DNA of 64,000 nucleotides from Felis catus. Its lineage: Eukaryota. The notes beneath the pieces were generated by a model. That model saw nothing but the letters and a program-made list of their open reading frames with translations, was not told the DNA's origin and did not search any database. This document shows positions 13,801-27,340 of the stretch, piece by piece (within the stretch, counting starts at the first letter, position 1; each line of letters starts with the position of its first letter). The DNA lies in contig NC_058368.1 of the NCBI RefSeq assembly GCF_018350175.1, forward strand, positions 46,316,001 through 46,380,000, read 5' to 3'. The translations under genes and the position numbers were made by a program.

Positions 13801-15945
13801 TATAATAGCAAAAGGATTTCTCCTTAAACTTGGGATGACTGATACATTATTATGTCTATTACTTCTTGATATACTATACCAAGATGTTTTTCACATTTAT
13901 ATTTTGAATGCATCTTACATTCTTCCAAGTTTCAAAAACCTATTAGTGTTTTTATTTTTAAAAATAAGGAGTGAATTTATTCAGCAGCTAGGACTTCTGA
14001 ATTTAAATACTTTCAGTTAACGGTGACTTAAATATTCTAATAGAGTGGAGTTGATAGTTTTTTAATATTAAGAAGATTTAAAAGTGCTTAAATATTACTG
14101 ATGATTAAGACTTTAGACCACAGTGATTCTCAGCATACAAATTAATTTTGGTATCTATTTTTAAAATCAATGTTTTCTAAAGAATTATTATCTTTTGAAT
14201 GATTTAAAGTGGTAAGCAGCAAATTACATATAGAAGTTTGAGCCTAAAATGACACAAACATATAATTAATTTCTCTACAAATGTCTCTAAATTAAGTCAC
14301 TTGTTTTAATACAGATATGTGTAGTAAGAAAGTTACAGGGCTAGTATGAGGCACATGATAAATGTAGTCATGAAAGAAAACAATTTTTAATTTAGTAGAC
14401 TCTATCAATCTGAAAAACCATGAATATTTACTATCAATTCAGCATGCTGAAAGCTAGATAAAAGTGAGAGAGTATATATAAAAAAAAGAGCAACATAAAA
14501 CACTTACTATAATAGTATTAACATCAATCACAATTTCTATGATCATATACCTACATTTGAAATCATGAGTCCAATGGTAGTTTTACATTCCTAGGAAGAA
14601 TATTAAAATAAACATTTATTTCCCTTTATAAAATACACATTAAAATACTGGAAAACCTTGGGCATATGGTCAAGGTCTTTATTCTGACAGCAAAATTTCA
14701 ATATGATAAGAAGTACCATTAATGATATAGAACGTTTTTGTATAGATCATCTTCAGAACCTTCTACCATTTCATGTAAATGTAGCTTCTAGAAGTTATAT
14801 AATTATACCTTTTCCATCCTATTACTCCTTAAAGAGTATAATCTTCACAGTTGTTTTTACTTTCTTTTACTATCACTTAGAATCTCCTAATGATTCAGCC
14901 CAGATCAGTATGGATTCATAGATTGCCTAGAAAATGTAATATACAGATAACCCCAAGGAGTTTATAGCCTTGTGTTTGGAGCAGACCAATGAAAAAATAA
15001 TTTCCAAAAAACAAGGCAAATATTGTAGTGAAGATTTTTGGAGCAGGCCTATAGGAAAACCAGAAGTGGACCCCCTCAATCAACCCAGTATGGTATTTCA
15101 GGAAAGGCTCCATGGTGGTAAAATAATAATAATAATTTTAAAAATAGACAAATAGATAGAACTCATGACTCATGAAAAAAATGGTTATGGAAATAGCAGG
15201 GAAACTCAACTTGAAGTATCAGTTTGTACAAAGCTGTCTACCAAAAATTCCAGTGGAACTCACTATTCTAATCATGTTACTGATCATGCCTTGGTGGTGT
15301 TCTCACTACCACCTTTGGGCTTTGATATTTTACACCCAGCCCTTCTCCATTAGGTTCTGGAAAAAAATTAAGCCCTAATATCTCGACATCTATTATATGT
15401 CATAAAATAACTTCCCCCTTATGCATTCCATGTGAAATCAGCTATGTAGTATCCATGGGAAAATTGAGAAATGAATGACTCAATCATTTTCTGTAGGACT
15501 TTCTTCTTTCACAGAACCCGGATGGAGAATGGTTGCTTAACTGATACAATGAATTCTTATATTTAAATATTTTTACTTAAAATTTACATCTATGAAGCTT
15601 TATATTTTCTCATGATGCTATTTTTTTATATTTCTACAAATAGGTTTTGATCAAATATAAAAGGTATATGTCAAAATATATGTAAGGTGCAATATATAAA
15701 ATATTTTTATTCATTGCTAAAGAAGAGCTTGTGAAAAAATAGAATTACATATTTAGAGACCATCTCGCTCACTGATGCATTGCATATAGTCCATCTAGCT
15801 TAGTAATAGCATTTGATATCAAATTTCAAAATGAAAAATTAAGAAGTTGCCTTAATGCTGCTCTCAATTATGCCTAGATTTTGACATATTGGCACCTAGA
15901 AAAGATTATAATTTTCTCACTGACATTCCATAATGCAGATAATCT

Positions 15946-16168
15946 TTTTTAAAAAATTTTTTAAATGTTTTTATTTATTTTCAAGACAGAGAGAGGCAGA
16001 GCATGATCAGGGGAGGGGCAGAGAGAGAGGGAGACACAGAATCTGAAGCAGGCTCCAGGCTCTGAGCTGTCAGCACAGAGCCTGACATGGAGCTCGAACT
16101 CACAGAATGTGAGATCATGATCTGAGCTGAAGTCAGACGCTTAAACTATTGAGCCACCCAGGCACCCC
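15946..16168 (-). mobile_element. Can-SINE (SINEC_Fc-like)
   Basis: Full-length reverse copy ending gagccacccaggcacccc. TSD core cagataatct. Confidence 0.95.
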
Positions 16169-16778
16169 ACACAGATAATCTAATTTGTAGAAATAATGTA
16201 CTCTTTCTCCCCAAAGGCTCAGCATGACTGTTTTTATGTTGAATGGAAAAAAAGTTTCATATAAGCATTTTTACTTTTTGTGAATAGTCTTTTTCTAAAA
16301 AGTTGCCCCACCCTAACTTTGTCTTTCTCTAACCATTTCTTTCTGTTTGATCATTAAATACCCAATTTTATTTATTTTCCTTTTTGACAGCTAATTGTGC
16401 GTTTGGTGTTTTTATGTTTTCCAAAGAGTTAATCCTTTTTATAACGCTGATTATTTGGTATTCATGTCAAAAGATAGTCAAAGTACCCAGTCTATATTAA
16501 TAAAATTTAAAAATATTAAGACGAAAAAGATGTGGAAGAATTCTTATAATCACAATTCAAACCTTACTATTTGAAACACTAAATTTGCACCTCTAGCACA
16601 AATTTTTAACATGCATGCCAAAATAATATTTAAATTTCTTCATGAAAGTATTTTATGAAATAGGACATGAAAATACCTACATCTGCCTGTGAAATGGATT
16701 AGGGTGATACAAATGAAATACAAATAGGAAACTTTCAGCTTTACACAATCTGGGCTTTGTTATTTGTTACATATAATA

Positions 16779-17022
16779 TTTTTTTATTTTTTTAATACAA
16801 AATTTATTGTCAAATTGGTTTCCATACAACACCCAGTGCTCATCCCAATAGGTGTTCTCCTCAATGCCCATCAACCCCTTTCCCCTCCCCCTCCCTCCTA
16901 CCCCCACCATCAACCCTCAGTTCATTCTTAGTTTTTAAGAGTCTCTTACCGTTTGCCTCCTTCCCTCTGTGTAACTTTTTTTTTCTCCCTTCCCCTCCCC
17001 CCATGGTCTTCTGTTAAGTTTT
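16779..17022 (-). mobile_element. 5'-truncated L1 3' end (L1_Fc-like)
   Basis: Same 3' UTR sequence as 3816-3991, extending further 5' in the element. Confidence 0.88.
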
Positions 17023-17471
17023 GAAATGCTACTAGTACATTGTTTGGTAAGATTCACTTCTATTTCCTCATTGATCCAACGATCACGTATATTTGAAACC
17101 AAAAATATTCAAAATAATGTTTCTATGTCATTGTAGCTCTATCAGGTAAAGAAAAATGACAATTGGCCCTAGTAACATTGAGAAAGACAAATAGTAGGTC
17201 TTTGGAAACTCAGTGATAACAATTAAAATAAACTGTCCACATTTTAAAGGTACTGGAAAGTAAATTATCACCTACCTGTTGTATGTAAGGAAAAACAACA
17301 GATTTTCATTCATACTTCTTTTTTGCTGAAGAGGCTTAATATTTACCTAATATTATAGCTTTTTAATATGTTTATATGCCATCTTTTGTGGGATTGAATC
17401 ACTCATTCTATGATTAAAATCTAGTCCACATGTTGAACAGGAAAAAAAAAGGCCACATAATCATATATTAC

Positions 17472-17606
17472 CTTTTTCAATATGCATCCTTTTCGATTCA
17501 TGTCCCATATCATGACCAGCCAAATCTCCCTCTTTGGGCCCAGGGAGGACGTTTGGTGACAAACCCATCAGCATCTGGTTCATGGACAACCCATTCTGAT
17601 GGACAG
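17472..17606 (-). CDS. DACH1: DACH1 internal coding exon (exon 6), 135 nt, phase 1 to 1
   Basis: Minus strand: gggcttgacag|CT GTC CAT CAG ... ATT GAA AAA G|gtaata. Encodes (P)VHQNGLSMNQMLMGLSPNVLPGPKEGDLAGHDMGHESKRMHIEK and continues the frame. Confidence 0.97.
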
Positions 17607-18279
17607 CTGTCAAGCCCGAAACAAAAGAACAAAGACAGAAACACCATAACACACAATGTTCAAACAAGTTAATTAAACTCATTTGGACTCAAAAATAAAT
17701 AAAATATGATGGTCTAAATTGGCATTATAATCTAACTCTAAGAATACTGAGAATTGGTAACCATGATAATCTTAAGAATAAGAAAAATAGTGGAAATGAA
17801 AACATTTTATCTTATTTTTATTTCACAAAGAATATAATATTTTTAATATCTGGAATACTTTTGAATGGCCATAACACTATGAGCACTAAAAGCTGTTAGC
17901 TTTCAACAAGATAAGGCACTGAAATAACTGTTTTGATATTCATAATCTATACTAGTCAATAAAACACAAGGTTTCATAGATACCAAAGTACTTCTTTAAA
18001 ATTTGGATTTGAACTCAAACTTGAATATACAAGTGCCCAATTAATATCTATTAAATGGCTGAATGAATAAAAATAATAATTGCTTTCTTGAAGTATTGAT
18101 AGTAACCTGTAACTGCTGAAATAATAAAGTAGATAACAAAACACCCTTATGATTTTCAAAATCCAGTCAATAAATTTCTTAATAAATTGCCCATGAAAAT
18201 CCTAGTTGGATGAATACATATTCCATAAAAACTTACCTTCTCTGAAAAAATAAGATTTTTTTGGAAAATATCATAAAAC

Positions 18280-19165
18280 TATATATATTAGGAATTATCA
18301 TTTGGAAATCACCATAGCAATAATTGTGTGAAGGAAGAATCTTCAGCAGATGATTCTAAAACGAGTGGAGTGAAAGTTTGATGAAAAATATAATATCCAT
18401 GTAGTCTTAATATGTTTCCTCACAAGACTTATTATTGTTACTTATTACTTACAAAGGTTTAAAAAAAAAGAGTAACTTTACAGCAGAGAAATCTAGTATT
18501 TACCACCTTAACCAAGAGATAGTTATGACAAGTATGGGAAAAACAAATGTCTACTGGAATGATATACCAAGGGCATGCTATCATGCTTCTGTGATCCTTG
18601 CCAAAATTTCATAACTTAAGTCTAATCATGAGAAAACAAAAACATCCAATCTGAGGGAAGTTCTACAAAATAAATGGCCTATATACTTTAAAAAATATCA
18701 AGATACTGAAAGACAAAAAAGACTGAGGAATGGCTCCAGATTAAAAGAGACTAAAGGAATATGACAAGCAATTGCAACACGTGATCCTGGGTTGGCTTTT
18801 GGACCAGTAAAGAAAATCTTTTGCTACTAAGAATACTAGTGAGAAAAAAAATAAAAATCAATAATAGTGGGAAAGTTGGTGAAATTTGAAAAAGATTTAT
18901 AGTTTAGAGAATGGCACTATAATAATCTTAATTTCCTGATTTTGATCAATGCTCTGTGGTTATGTAAGAGAAATTCCTTGTTTCTAGAACATAAACAATG
19001 ATGTATGTGAGGTAAAGAATCATGATGTCCACGATAGGAACATTAAAGTGCCATTAGGCCAATATCTCTTTCAGAGACACTGATGATCGGGTGAATATGG
19101 GTAACGAGTGTGAAAGAATTTTTTGTATTATTTTTGAAATGTCTGTTAGTCTAATTTTCAAAAAA
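18280..19165 (+). mobile_element. Ancient L1M 3'-end fragment (L1MC-like)
   Basis: Motifs taccaccttaaccaag, taatcatgagaaaac, gactgaggaatggctccagattaaaagagactaaag, tgcaacacgtgatcctgg. Subfamily recalled; boundaries approximate. Confidence 0.7.
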
Positions 19166-20791
19166 ACACATTAAAATATGCACATATGTGAACATGTATT
19201 TGCATATGTGTGTGTGCATGCATTTGTGTGCATGTGTACGTATTTCCATTTGGACAATCATGGTAGTCCAAGCATGCAAAAATTTCTCCCTTGTTATATC
19301 AAGAATAAAAAAGAATACAATGATTAATTTAAAACATGAATGTATAACAAAATTATTTCAAATTGTTCCCTATCTGCCCATAATTTCCATTTAAGTGTCA
19401 TGAAAAAATATTTTTCTTTCTCTAGGACAGTGCCTTTTCACTGACGACATCTTATAAAAGCATAAAAAATGAAATGAATATGCATCATAAAATCTAATGT
19501 CAGCACTGCACATAAGCATACAGAAAATATTTTATATGAGAAATTGTTTTAACGAAACCAAACTTTGGGAATTAAAGTTTGCCAGCCCCAGCAAATGTCA
19601 TTGATTTGGAATGGTTATCAAATGATATTTTCACTTTTATTAATACACAATGATTATCATCTCTTACAAAATTAGGGAAATATGTTCTAGACAGGCCAAA
19701 TCAAGTATTCATATTTAGAATTATGTTGAACTATATAATTATCAATAATTAACTACTTTTTAAATAATTGTATTACATACAATTTAACCTAATATTTCTT
19801 ATCTCAATAATATTCATATTAAGGATTTCTGCTTTATGCAAACATTCTTTATGATTTATAAAGACACTTTGTAGCACATGTTTTTCCTATTATAAAAATA
19901 TTCTCAACAACCAAATAACTTCAGTAAGTTATGTGTAATTAGATATAGTTCATACCACAAACATGATTCCTTCAAATTAACTAAATCCTGGAAAGGATAC
20001 AATGGCTATTGATTCTGTCAACCGATATAGTCACTGTTAATATGTTCATTTTATTGGAAGAAAAGTATTAGATTCTTAACACAAAATACAGATACAAAAC
20101 AACCAGTTCATTGAATGGTATTTTTAACTTTACTCTTGATTTTCTTGGTTAAATATCTAAAAACGTTATCATAAAATACAATAGAGCCCCTGCTCTTTAG
20201 AATTTAATAATAATATCTGACAATGATATGCATCATTGACTTACTAATTCAAATCCTAAAATTTAAACAATTTAAAATTCTTCCATCCAGCGGTCATAAG
20301 AATGACAAAGCAATTTTTTTAAGTCTATCGTTTTGACTGTTACTTACTTTTATTTCTCTCTGTGGATATTTTTCTCAACGCAGGGGTGAATTCTGAAAAT
20401 GGATAAATTTCAAGAACTGGTGGGGGGGGGGGAGGAGGGGACAAAGGAATAAAGTTGAATAATCCCTAAGCCATATACCTAGCCACTAGCTACCTGCGAG
20501 CTGGAGGTGTTTACTTCAGAAACTAATCTGGAAGGTTACTTTCTCTGTTTCATAGCTCAAATCTTTATGTGTGGCATCAAGGAGAGGGAGTTTATATCAG
20601 AACCTGTTAATGTAGTACCATACCTCATGATATTGCAAACTGGGAAACATAATTTTGAGAGATGGCTATTGCTACAGAGCTTCAGAACATGATACATCTG
20701 AGATCTATTTGGAATGAGGGCATTTTGATTAGAAAAGCCAGCTGCACCTAATAAAGTTTAAAATGGTGACAAGTAGAAGTATGAGACCTAC

Positions 20792-20927
20792 GGATTCTGT
20801 CAGAAGAGCTCTCGGTCCGTGCTGGGGAGCTGGACACGCTGCTGCTGCGGTGTGATGATGGGTGGCTGCCAGGCCTCCGGCCCTCCTCCAGAGAGGGTGC
20901 AGGCGAAGGGCTGTCCGGGACTCGCTC
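20792..20927 (-). CDS. DACH1: DACH1 internal coding exon (exon 5), 136 nt, phase 0 to 1
   Basis: Minus strand: ggtgccccag|GAG CGA GTC ... GAC AGA ATC C|gtaggt. Encodes ERVPDSPSPAPSLEEGRRPGSHPSSHRSSSVSSSPARTESSSDRI(P), in frame with the upstream exon. GC/CpG-rich against an AT-rich background. Confidence 0.97.
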
Positions 20928-21193
20928 CTGGGGCACCGGGGGAAAGAATCGGGGGAGAGAAGAGGTAAATACATGGGAACTTGACTTCCTTCGCGAGTGT
21001 TGATTTTCGTTAATCCAGTACTGTAGAAATGCAAAGGAAATAAATTCATCCTTCGCTGACATTTTAACCTTTCATTTGAACAAAGCCAAAGTAGGGAAAG
21101 ATGAGTTAGCAAACTGATTCTACAGGCAAGCAGATCCACAGATGCCAATCCCCTCTTTGGATAAAAAAGGAGCCCAAGAAGGCAATCCTTTCA

Positions 21194-21227
21194 TTTTTAT
21201 TTTTTTAAGCTAACTTACTCATCAAGT

Positions 21228-21279
<52 letters not shown>

Positions 21280-21438
21280 GAGGAGGGACACAGAGAGAGG
21301 GAGAGAGATAATCCTAAGCAGGCTCCACACTGTCAGCATGGAGCCCAACATGGGGCTTCACCCCATGACCCCCGTGATCATGACCTGAGCCTAAATCAAG
21401 AGTCCGATGCTTAAAAGACTGAGCCACCCAGGTGCCCC
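21194..21438 (-). mobile_element. Can-SINE with an expanded (GA)n tract, about 270 bp upstream of the exon 5 acceptor
   Basis: Reverse SINE head gagccacccaggtgcccc; about 22 GA units at about 21230-21275. Degenerate TSD agaag(g/a)caa..tttca. Confidence 0.93.
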
Positions 21439-22119
21439 AGAAGACAACCATTTCAGAGCCTATTAGACAACACAAAATAACAGAACAAAGCAGGTTTCAA
21501 TTCTAGACAATTATCAATTTAAGGAAATCCCTAGATTCTATCGCTTCAGCAGTGTCTAAGGATCATTTAGCACACAAATTATCAATGTGACAGACCATAA
21601 TAACAATACCAGAGGAGTTATTCACAGCTATTTCATCATGGCACTGCTCTGGACACACTTGGATGGTCACATTTTAAGGCATCATAGAAATCGATTATTA
21701 TTTAACATTGGAATAATTTTGTTTGATTCAAATAATTTTCAGACTACCCCCTTCTCTTAGCTCCAATTCAACCACATATATGTATTAGGAGAAATTCATG
21801 AAATACATATTAGTTGTAGCCCAGGGAAACTTGGTATTGTATTTCCTGATACTATTTTGTTAACACATTCGTCCCATTCTATATCTCCCCTGCCAAGCTC
21901 TGAACCTTCCCCCTTAAACTAATGTGCAAATATATGATATAACTGCCTCCAATGACCTATTATGGTGTTACAGATTAAATAAGATACCTACTTATTAACA
22001 TTTTCTTCTTTGAGCAGTAATACATTTATACCTTCAGACATCAAGGCACATAGGCCTTGAGGAACTGTCTTTTCCATAATTAATAAATATTTGAATGGTT
22101 AAAAGCAAACTACATATGT

Positions 22120-22130
22120 AATAAATAAAA

Positions 22131-22178
<48 letters not shown>

Positions 22179-22206
22179 ATACATACATACATACATACAT
22201 ACATAC
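22120..22206. repeat. Compound (TAAA)n(TACA)n microsatellite
   Basis: Seen directly. Confidence 0.95.
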
Positions 22207-22377
22207 TTATTCAGGTGCCAAAATGCAAATATTAAGAGAGCAGGCTTTAAAAAATATAAAAGAAAAAAAAAGTTCTAAAATAACTAACTTGTGAGAGGTC
22301 AACTGACCAGTGAGAATGAGGGTCATGCATATCTTTGGTCTCAGAGGCCCCATTGGTCTGGTCAGATTCCCATTAGG

Positions 22378-22991
22378 ATGGTTCCTGTTCCTGCTTTGCA
22401 TTAGAATCACCTGGGAAGTTCTTAAACATGCCTATGTCTGGGCTTTGCTCCCAGAGATTCTGGCTTACTCAGGATTAGGGGATGAATTGTGTCCCCAAAA
22501 AGAGTGCAGTCCTGATCCCCAGTACCTAAGAATGTGACTTCATTTGCAAAGAAGTTTTTTTGCAGCTGTAATTAGTTAAAATGAGGTCATACAGGAGTAG
22601 GGTGGGCTTTTAATCCAACATGACCCGTGTCCTTACAAGAAGACATTGTGAAGAAATGAGAGAAAATGTCCTATGAATAGAGAGGCAGAATTGGGCTTTA
22701 GAACTGAGTTAGTAAGAATGCCAAGGATTTCCAGCAACCACCAGAAGCTATGGAGAGATAAGGAATAATTCTACCTAGATCTCAGAGGAAGCACGGCAAT
22801 GACTGACATCTTGATTGCAGACTTCGGGCCTCTAGAATGTGAAAGTATACATTTCTGTTGTTTTAAACCACCCAGTTGATGGTGCTTTGATACAGCAGCT
22901 ATATACACTGAATCAGAAGTAGAGCCCAGACATCAGTATATTTTTAAGACTCCAGGTGATTTTAATGTGCATTTAAAAGTGAGCACTGCTG
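22378..22991. mobile_element. MER5A-like hAT-Charlie element split by an MLT1 LTR
   Basis: Left part attagaatcacctgggaag...cccagagattctg; right part agcccagacatcagtatattttt...ccaggtgattttaatgtgca...cactgctg. Confidence 0.7.
22474..22915 (+). mobile_element. MLT1 (ERVL-MaLR) solo LTR, MLT1C-like
   Basis: gaattgtgtcccc start, aatgaggtcat, ccagcaaccaccagaagcta, atttctgttgttttaaaccacccag. Confidence 0.85.
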
Positions 22992-23748
22992 GTCTCATTC
23001 CTGCTTAATTTTTCAGTCCTGAACATTGTTGATAAACATCTTCCACATATATGCGAAGTCTTAATTTTTGAAAAAGCATGACAAAGAAAACGAAAATAAC
23101 CAGAAAAAATGACCAAGCCCTCTTCCAAAATTCATGCCTAAACCAATTTCCCATTATATATATTCCATGGAATAAAAGAAGTAGTCCCATAAGAAACTTC
23201 ATGACCGAAGATTTGAGAGGTCTCTCAATACTGTAGCCAAAACAAAGGAAAAGAGAAACAACAACAACAACTAAAATCTTTCAAGAGTTTCAATGCATAT
23301 TAGAATCTTGTTGTAAAGATAACATTTTGAACTTTAGGAGCTTTTGGACTAAAGTGTGTGGGTTGGTTTCTGTAAAGGACAATTAAAACCTCCCACAGGA
23401 GAGATGTAGTATCAATATTATATAACACTAGCCCTTTACCTTAATTGATTAGAGGTTAAGTGCTCTATTTTCTACAAACAACAAAACTGGTATGTAGGTA
23501 AATGTAAACCTGACATAATATATTGTCCTACCCGAGTCACGTGGGGTTGCATTTGAAAGACAGAAAATAAGCAAATGAGAGACAGAAGTGGGGCAGAAGA
23601 AAGAGGAAGACATAACCCCTCAATATTAATATTTACAATTAACTTGTTTAGGGAAGTTTATGACACATCATACGTTTGTTATACTAAGGGATACCAATAT
23701 AAGATGGTATCCAACTGTGCAATTTGGAGGTGAAAATATTTTGGAATT

Positions 23749-23945
23749 GGGGCACCTGGGTGGCTCAGCCAGTTAAGCGTCTGACTTCTGCTCAGGTCAT
23801 GATCGCACAGCTTGTAAGTTTGAGCCCCGCCTTAGGCTCTGTGCTGACAGCTCAGCATCTGGAGCCTGCTTTGGATTCTGTGTCTCCCATTCTCTCTGCC
23901 CCTCTCTCTGTCTCAAAAATAAATAATAAACCATTAAAAAAAATT
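23749..23945 (+). mobile_element. Can-SINE
   Basis: ggggcacctgggtggctcagccagttaagcgtctgacttc head, CT tract, aaaaataaataa tail. Confidence 0.94.
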
Positions 23946-24224
23946 CAAACTATTTTTAAACCTATGTCTCAAATAACACAAAAATGAACATATCAGTTAT
24001 TTTTCCAAACTAAAAAAATCAAAGAAGGTATACTTCTAAATGACCTGAGGTCTTTAGTCCACACGGCAAACAAATAACCTAAGTTTCTAAAAAACAAAAA
24101 GATACATGATTTAAAAGAATAGAGAACTCATAACTGGATGCTGAAAGTTACTTCCTATCTTCTAATTGCAATTATAAATCCTTTTCTTTTTAACATTCAC
24201 TCCTACCCTAAATTATGAAGCAAA

Positions 24225-24550
24225 CTATACATTTATTATGTGTCCAGTTTAATGAGTTCTGTCAAGATCTAGAACATTCCCATAACCCCAGAAAGATTTC
24301 TCATGCCCTTTTCCAGTCAATTCCTCTGGTTCTCATAAACAACTACTTTCTGAATTCTATCACCGTAGAGTAGATTTTCTGGTTCTAGAATGTCATAAAA
24401 ATGAAATCATATAGTAAATTCTTTGTTTCTGGCTTCTTCACAACAAAATGGTCTTTGAGATTCATCCCTGATATTGCATGTGTCATTAATTTACTCTTTT
24501 CTACTGTTGAATATATTCAACTGCACAAATATCCCACAGTTTGTTACCCT
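24225..24550 (-). mobile_element. Ancient L1ME-like fragment
   Basis: agaacattcccataaccccagaaagatttctcatgcccttttccagtcaa...gagattcatcc. Confidence 0.7.
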
Positions 24551-24895
24551 CTCCCCTCCCCCAAATGGCAATAAGGTCATGTACTTAACTGCTTGAAACA
24601 ACACTGTACTTAATGTGTCTTTCCAGTAGCTATTCAGATATATCTTGGAAAAAGCATTCTTAATCCTTTATGTATAATACTGTATACAATTCATTTATAG
24701 TCTGTATAAATGTATTAATAAGTTATGCTACAGCTAACTGCATAAATGACCAGAGATACACTAAAAGGAGTCTAATCTTGATTTCTAAGAATTCTAATAA
24801 AGAGAACACAAATTTGTCTAGACTTTAAAGGTCAATTCCTCATACATCTGGCTCTCACACACAAAAGTACATGGTATGTATTTGAAAAAGAACAG

Positions 24896-25165
24896 TATAT
24901 ATATATACATGGGTGTGTATATATATATACATGGGTGTGTATATATATATACATGGGTGTGTATATATATATATACTGAACAAAATGTTTATATATAAAC
25001 ATTATATATTATCATTATATATTATCATTATATATTATGTATAATATATTAATATTATATAATGATAATATACATATTATCATAATATATTATAATATAT
25101 AATAATTATGTCATTATATATTATCCTTATATATAAACATTATAATATATATGTATATATTATGT
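24896..25165. repeat. 22-bp minisatellite (atatatatatacatgggtgtgt, about 3 copies) plus a TA-rich low-complexity tract
   Basis: Seen directly; adjoins a SINE tail. Confidence 0.92.
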
Positions 25166-25352
25166 TTGTTTGTTTGTTTATTTATTTAGAGAGCTAATGG
25201 GAGAGGGGCAGAGAGGCAGACAGAATCCCAAGCAGGCTCCACACTGCCAGCGCAGAACCTGATGCAGGGCTCGAACTCATGAACCATGAGATGGTGACCT
25301 GAGCTGAAATCAAGAGTCAGATGCTTAACTGACTAAGCCACCCAGGCACCCC
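25165..25352 (-). mobile_element. Can-SINE
   Basis: Reverse copy ending agccacccaggcacccc; tail turned into (GTTT)n(ATTT)n. Confidence 0.94.
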
Positions 25353-27215
25353 AAGAACACTCTATATTTTTCTTTGCTGAAACTAAAATTTTCTAAACTA
25401 ACCATTCTATTTTCTTCAAAAAGTCACTTTGACGATGTTAATTCATCAATATGTTTTAATATTTCTCATAATAATTATGTAAGTGATCATACATGCAGTG
25501 GCACATGTTTGGATGCACAGAGATAAAGTGCAATCTTGAAATAAATCATTCCCTCTAAAGTCATTTTGCAAGTCTGAGTTTCCTGTCATAATAGATTTCT
25601 TACTGGTGCTAATGGAAAGCATGAGAAACTGATTTTTTCCCGAGATATTTAACTCATAAACTACTTAAACACTTAATGCATAAAATTTTGGCAACGATAA
25701 TCATGCCATTAAAAATATTTATTTTATTTTCCACATAAGTATAAAAATTATTTCATTAGTCAACATATTTAACTGTCAAAGCTTTCCTTGATATTCCTTT
25801 CATTCATGCATTATTCACTTATTCATTTATACATTCAAAATACTCTAAACATCATATACTAAACTAGGTAAAAAATAAACTGGATTTAAATCTAATGTAA
25901 AATACACCTTAAAAGCATAATTGAAGGCTTAGAAAATGTAGGTGAAATTGTATTTAATTTAGCTTTAGCTTATTTTGACTTTAATTATAATTGTTTCTCT
26001 AAGAACAAAGGATACAAAGACAATACTTAATACTTTGATTTAAAGAAAATATTTTAATTTATGCAAATTTTTATTATTTAAAAGCTAAGTATTCAATTGA
26101 AACTTTCTGTAAATTGAGACACAACATATTCAGTCATTTCACTTAATGTATAATTTCAATCTTTGGAACATGATGTATTGTTCTTTGAAGAATTTCATTA
26201 AAGTAAAATCCACTGAGCAAGTAAGATTTGAATACATTGTTGCACAATAAATTAATTTATTTCAACAGCTTAATTCTTTTATCATATTTATATGCTTGCC
26301 TTTCCAGAGTATGCTATAAGATGGAGAATAATGGAGACAGTAAAGAATTGCTTAGGAGAGAATCTCATAATTATTACTGAAACAAAATAGATAATGAGTT
26401 TTATTCAGACATAATAAGAAAGAAGCAGTTCAATGTCTATAGGAAAACTATGTAAACTGGATTTATCATTTCATTTGTGTAATACCCTTTAACCTCCAAG
26501 ATGGGCCTGAAGTAGGACAAAGAGGAAGAATATTTAATTTAATACTTCAACACGCTGCTTTATAGTCCTACATCATAACTCCACCAATCAATAAAACACA
26601 ATCCTTTGCAATGTTCCATCTTTATAAAACCAGCCACAATAATAAATGAGAATTTAAGAGGAATACCCTCTCACACACACAAAAAAAGGTCATACTAATA
26701 AACTAATGGTAGCAGAATAACAATAAAGAAAAAGCTGCATTTATTGTTTCTGGGCAGAGCAAGAAGTATTAGTCTCCAAGATAATTCAGAATCAAAGGTG
26801 GAATTCAAAATAGTGTATTCCAAAATTCTAAAACAAAAAGTATAAAATGCTCAGTATTACACATGGGGCAATTGAATATTTAAAAATTACATTACCACAG
26901 CTGCCTCCTATCACAAAATGCATTATATTTTACCAACTGAAAATATTTTCTTAATGTGAGTCTAAATAATCACAACCCACTCACAATTCATTTCTCTAAA
27001 GGATTATTTCATTTAGCTTCATGTTGCTCCCTTTTTAATTATCTGGATTTTCATATGTTTATCAGTTAGAGATTCCATCACTGAATACGTTATAGAAGTG
27101 GTGAGAGGATAGTTCTAACATTAAATGTTATCATGATATAACTTTTAACTTACAAAATTGAAGTTGACTAGCACTTTATAACCCAAACTCCTGAGATTTA
27201 AGACAACTCAGACCT

Positions 27216-27340
27216 ATTCATTTATTCAAAGAACATTTACTGAACATCTAATATGTGCCAGTGTCCTAGGCTCTGGTCTTATATATACAACTAAGCAGAA
27301 CTGATGAAAATCCTTTCCCTCATGGAGCGTGTATCTTAAG
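27216..27340 (-). mobile_element. L2 3'-end fragment
   Basis: attcatttattcaaagaacatttactgaacatctaatatgtgccag...ccctcatggagc. Confidence 0.7.

Noticed and set aside
20418..20440. G-run with G-quadruplex potential
   Set aside because: Mainly a single G homopolymer, and C-rich on the transcribed RNA; no further support.
20786..20791. Tandem donor C|GTAG|GT at the end of exon 5
   Set aside because: The distal GT (gtctca) is a poor donor and would shift the frame; no evidence of use.
20729..21148. 139-aa ORF overlapping exon 5
   Set aside because: Alternative frame of a GC-rich exon, which is naturally poor in stop codons; the true frame is fixed by the splice phases.
21226..21414. ER-repeat ORF and similar ORFs at 9829, 9854, 23724, 30553, 43806, 53886, 55619, 57743, 57781 and 61648
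   Set aside because: Translations of Can-SINE bodies and their (CT)n/(GA)n tracts.
24896..24975. Possible CRISPR-like array (also considered at 62567-62624)
   Set aside because: Only three units, no unique spacers of regular length, no cas genes, mammalian intron.
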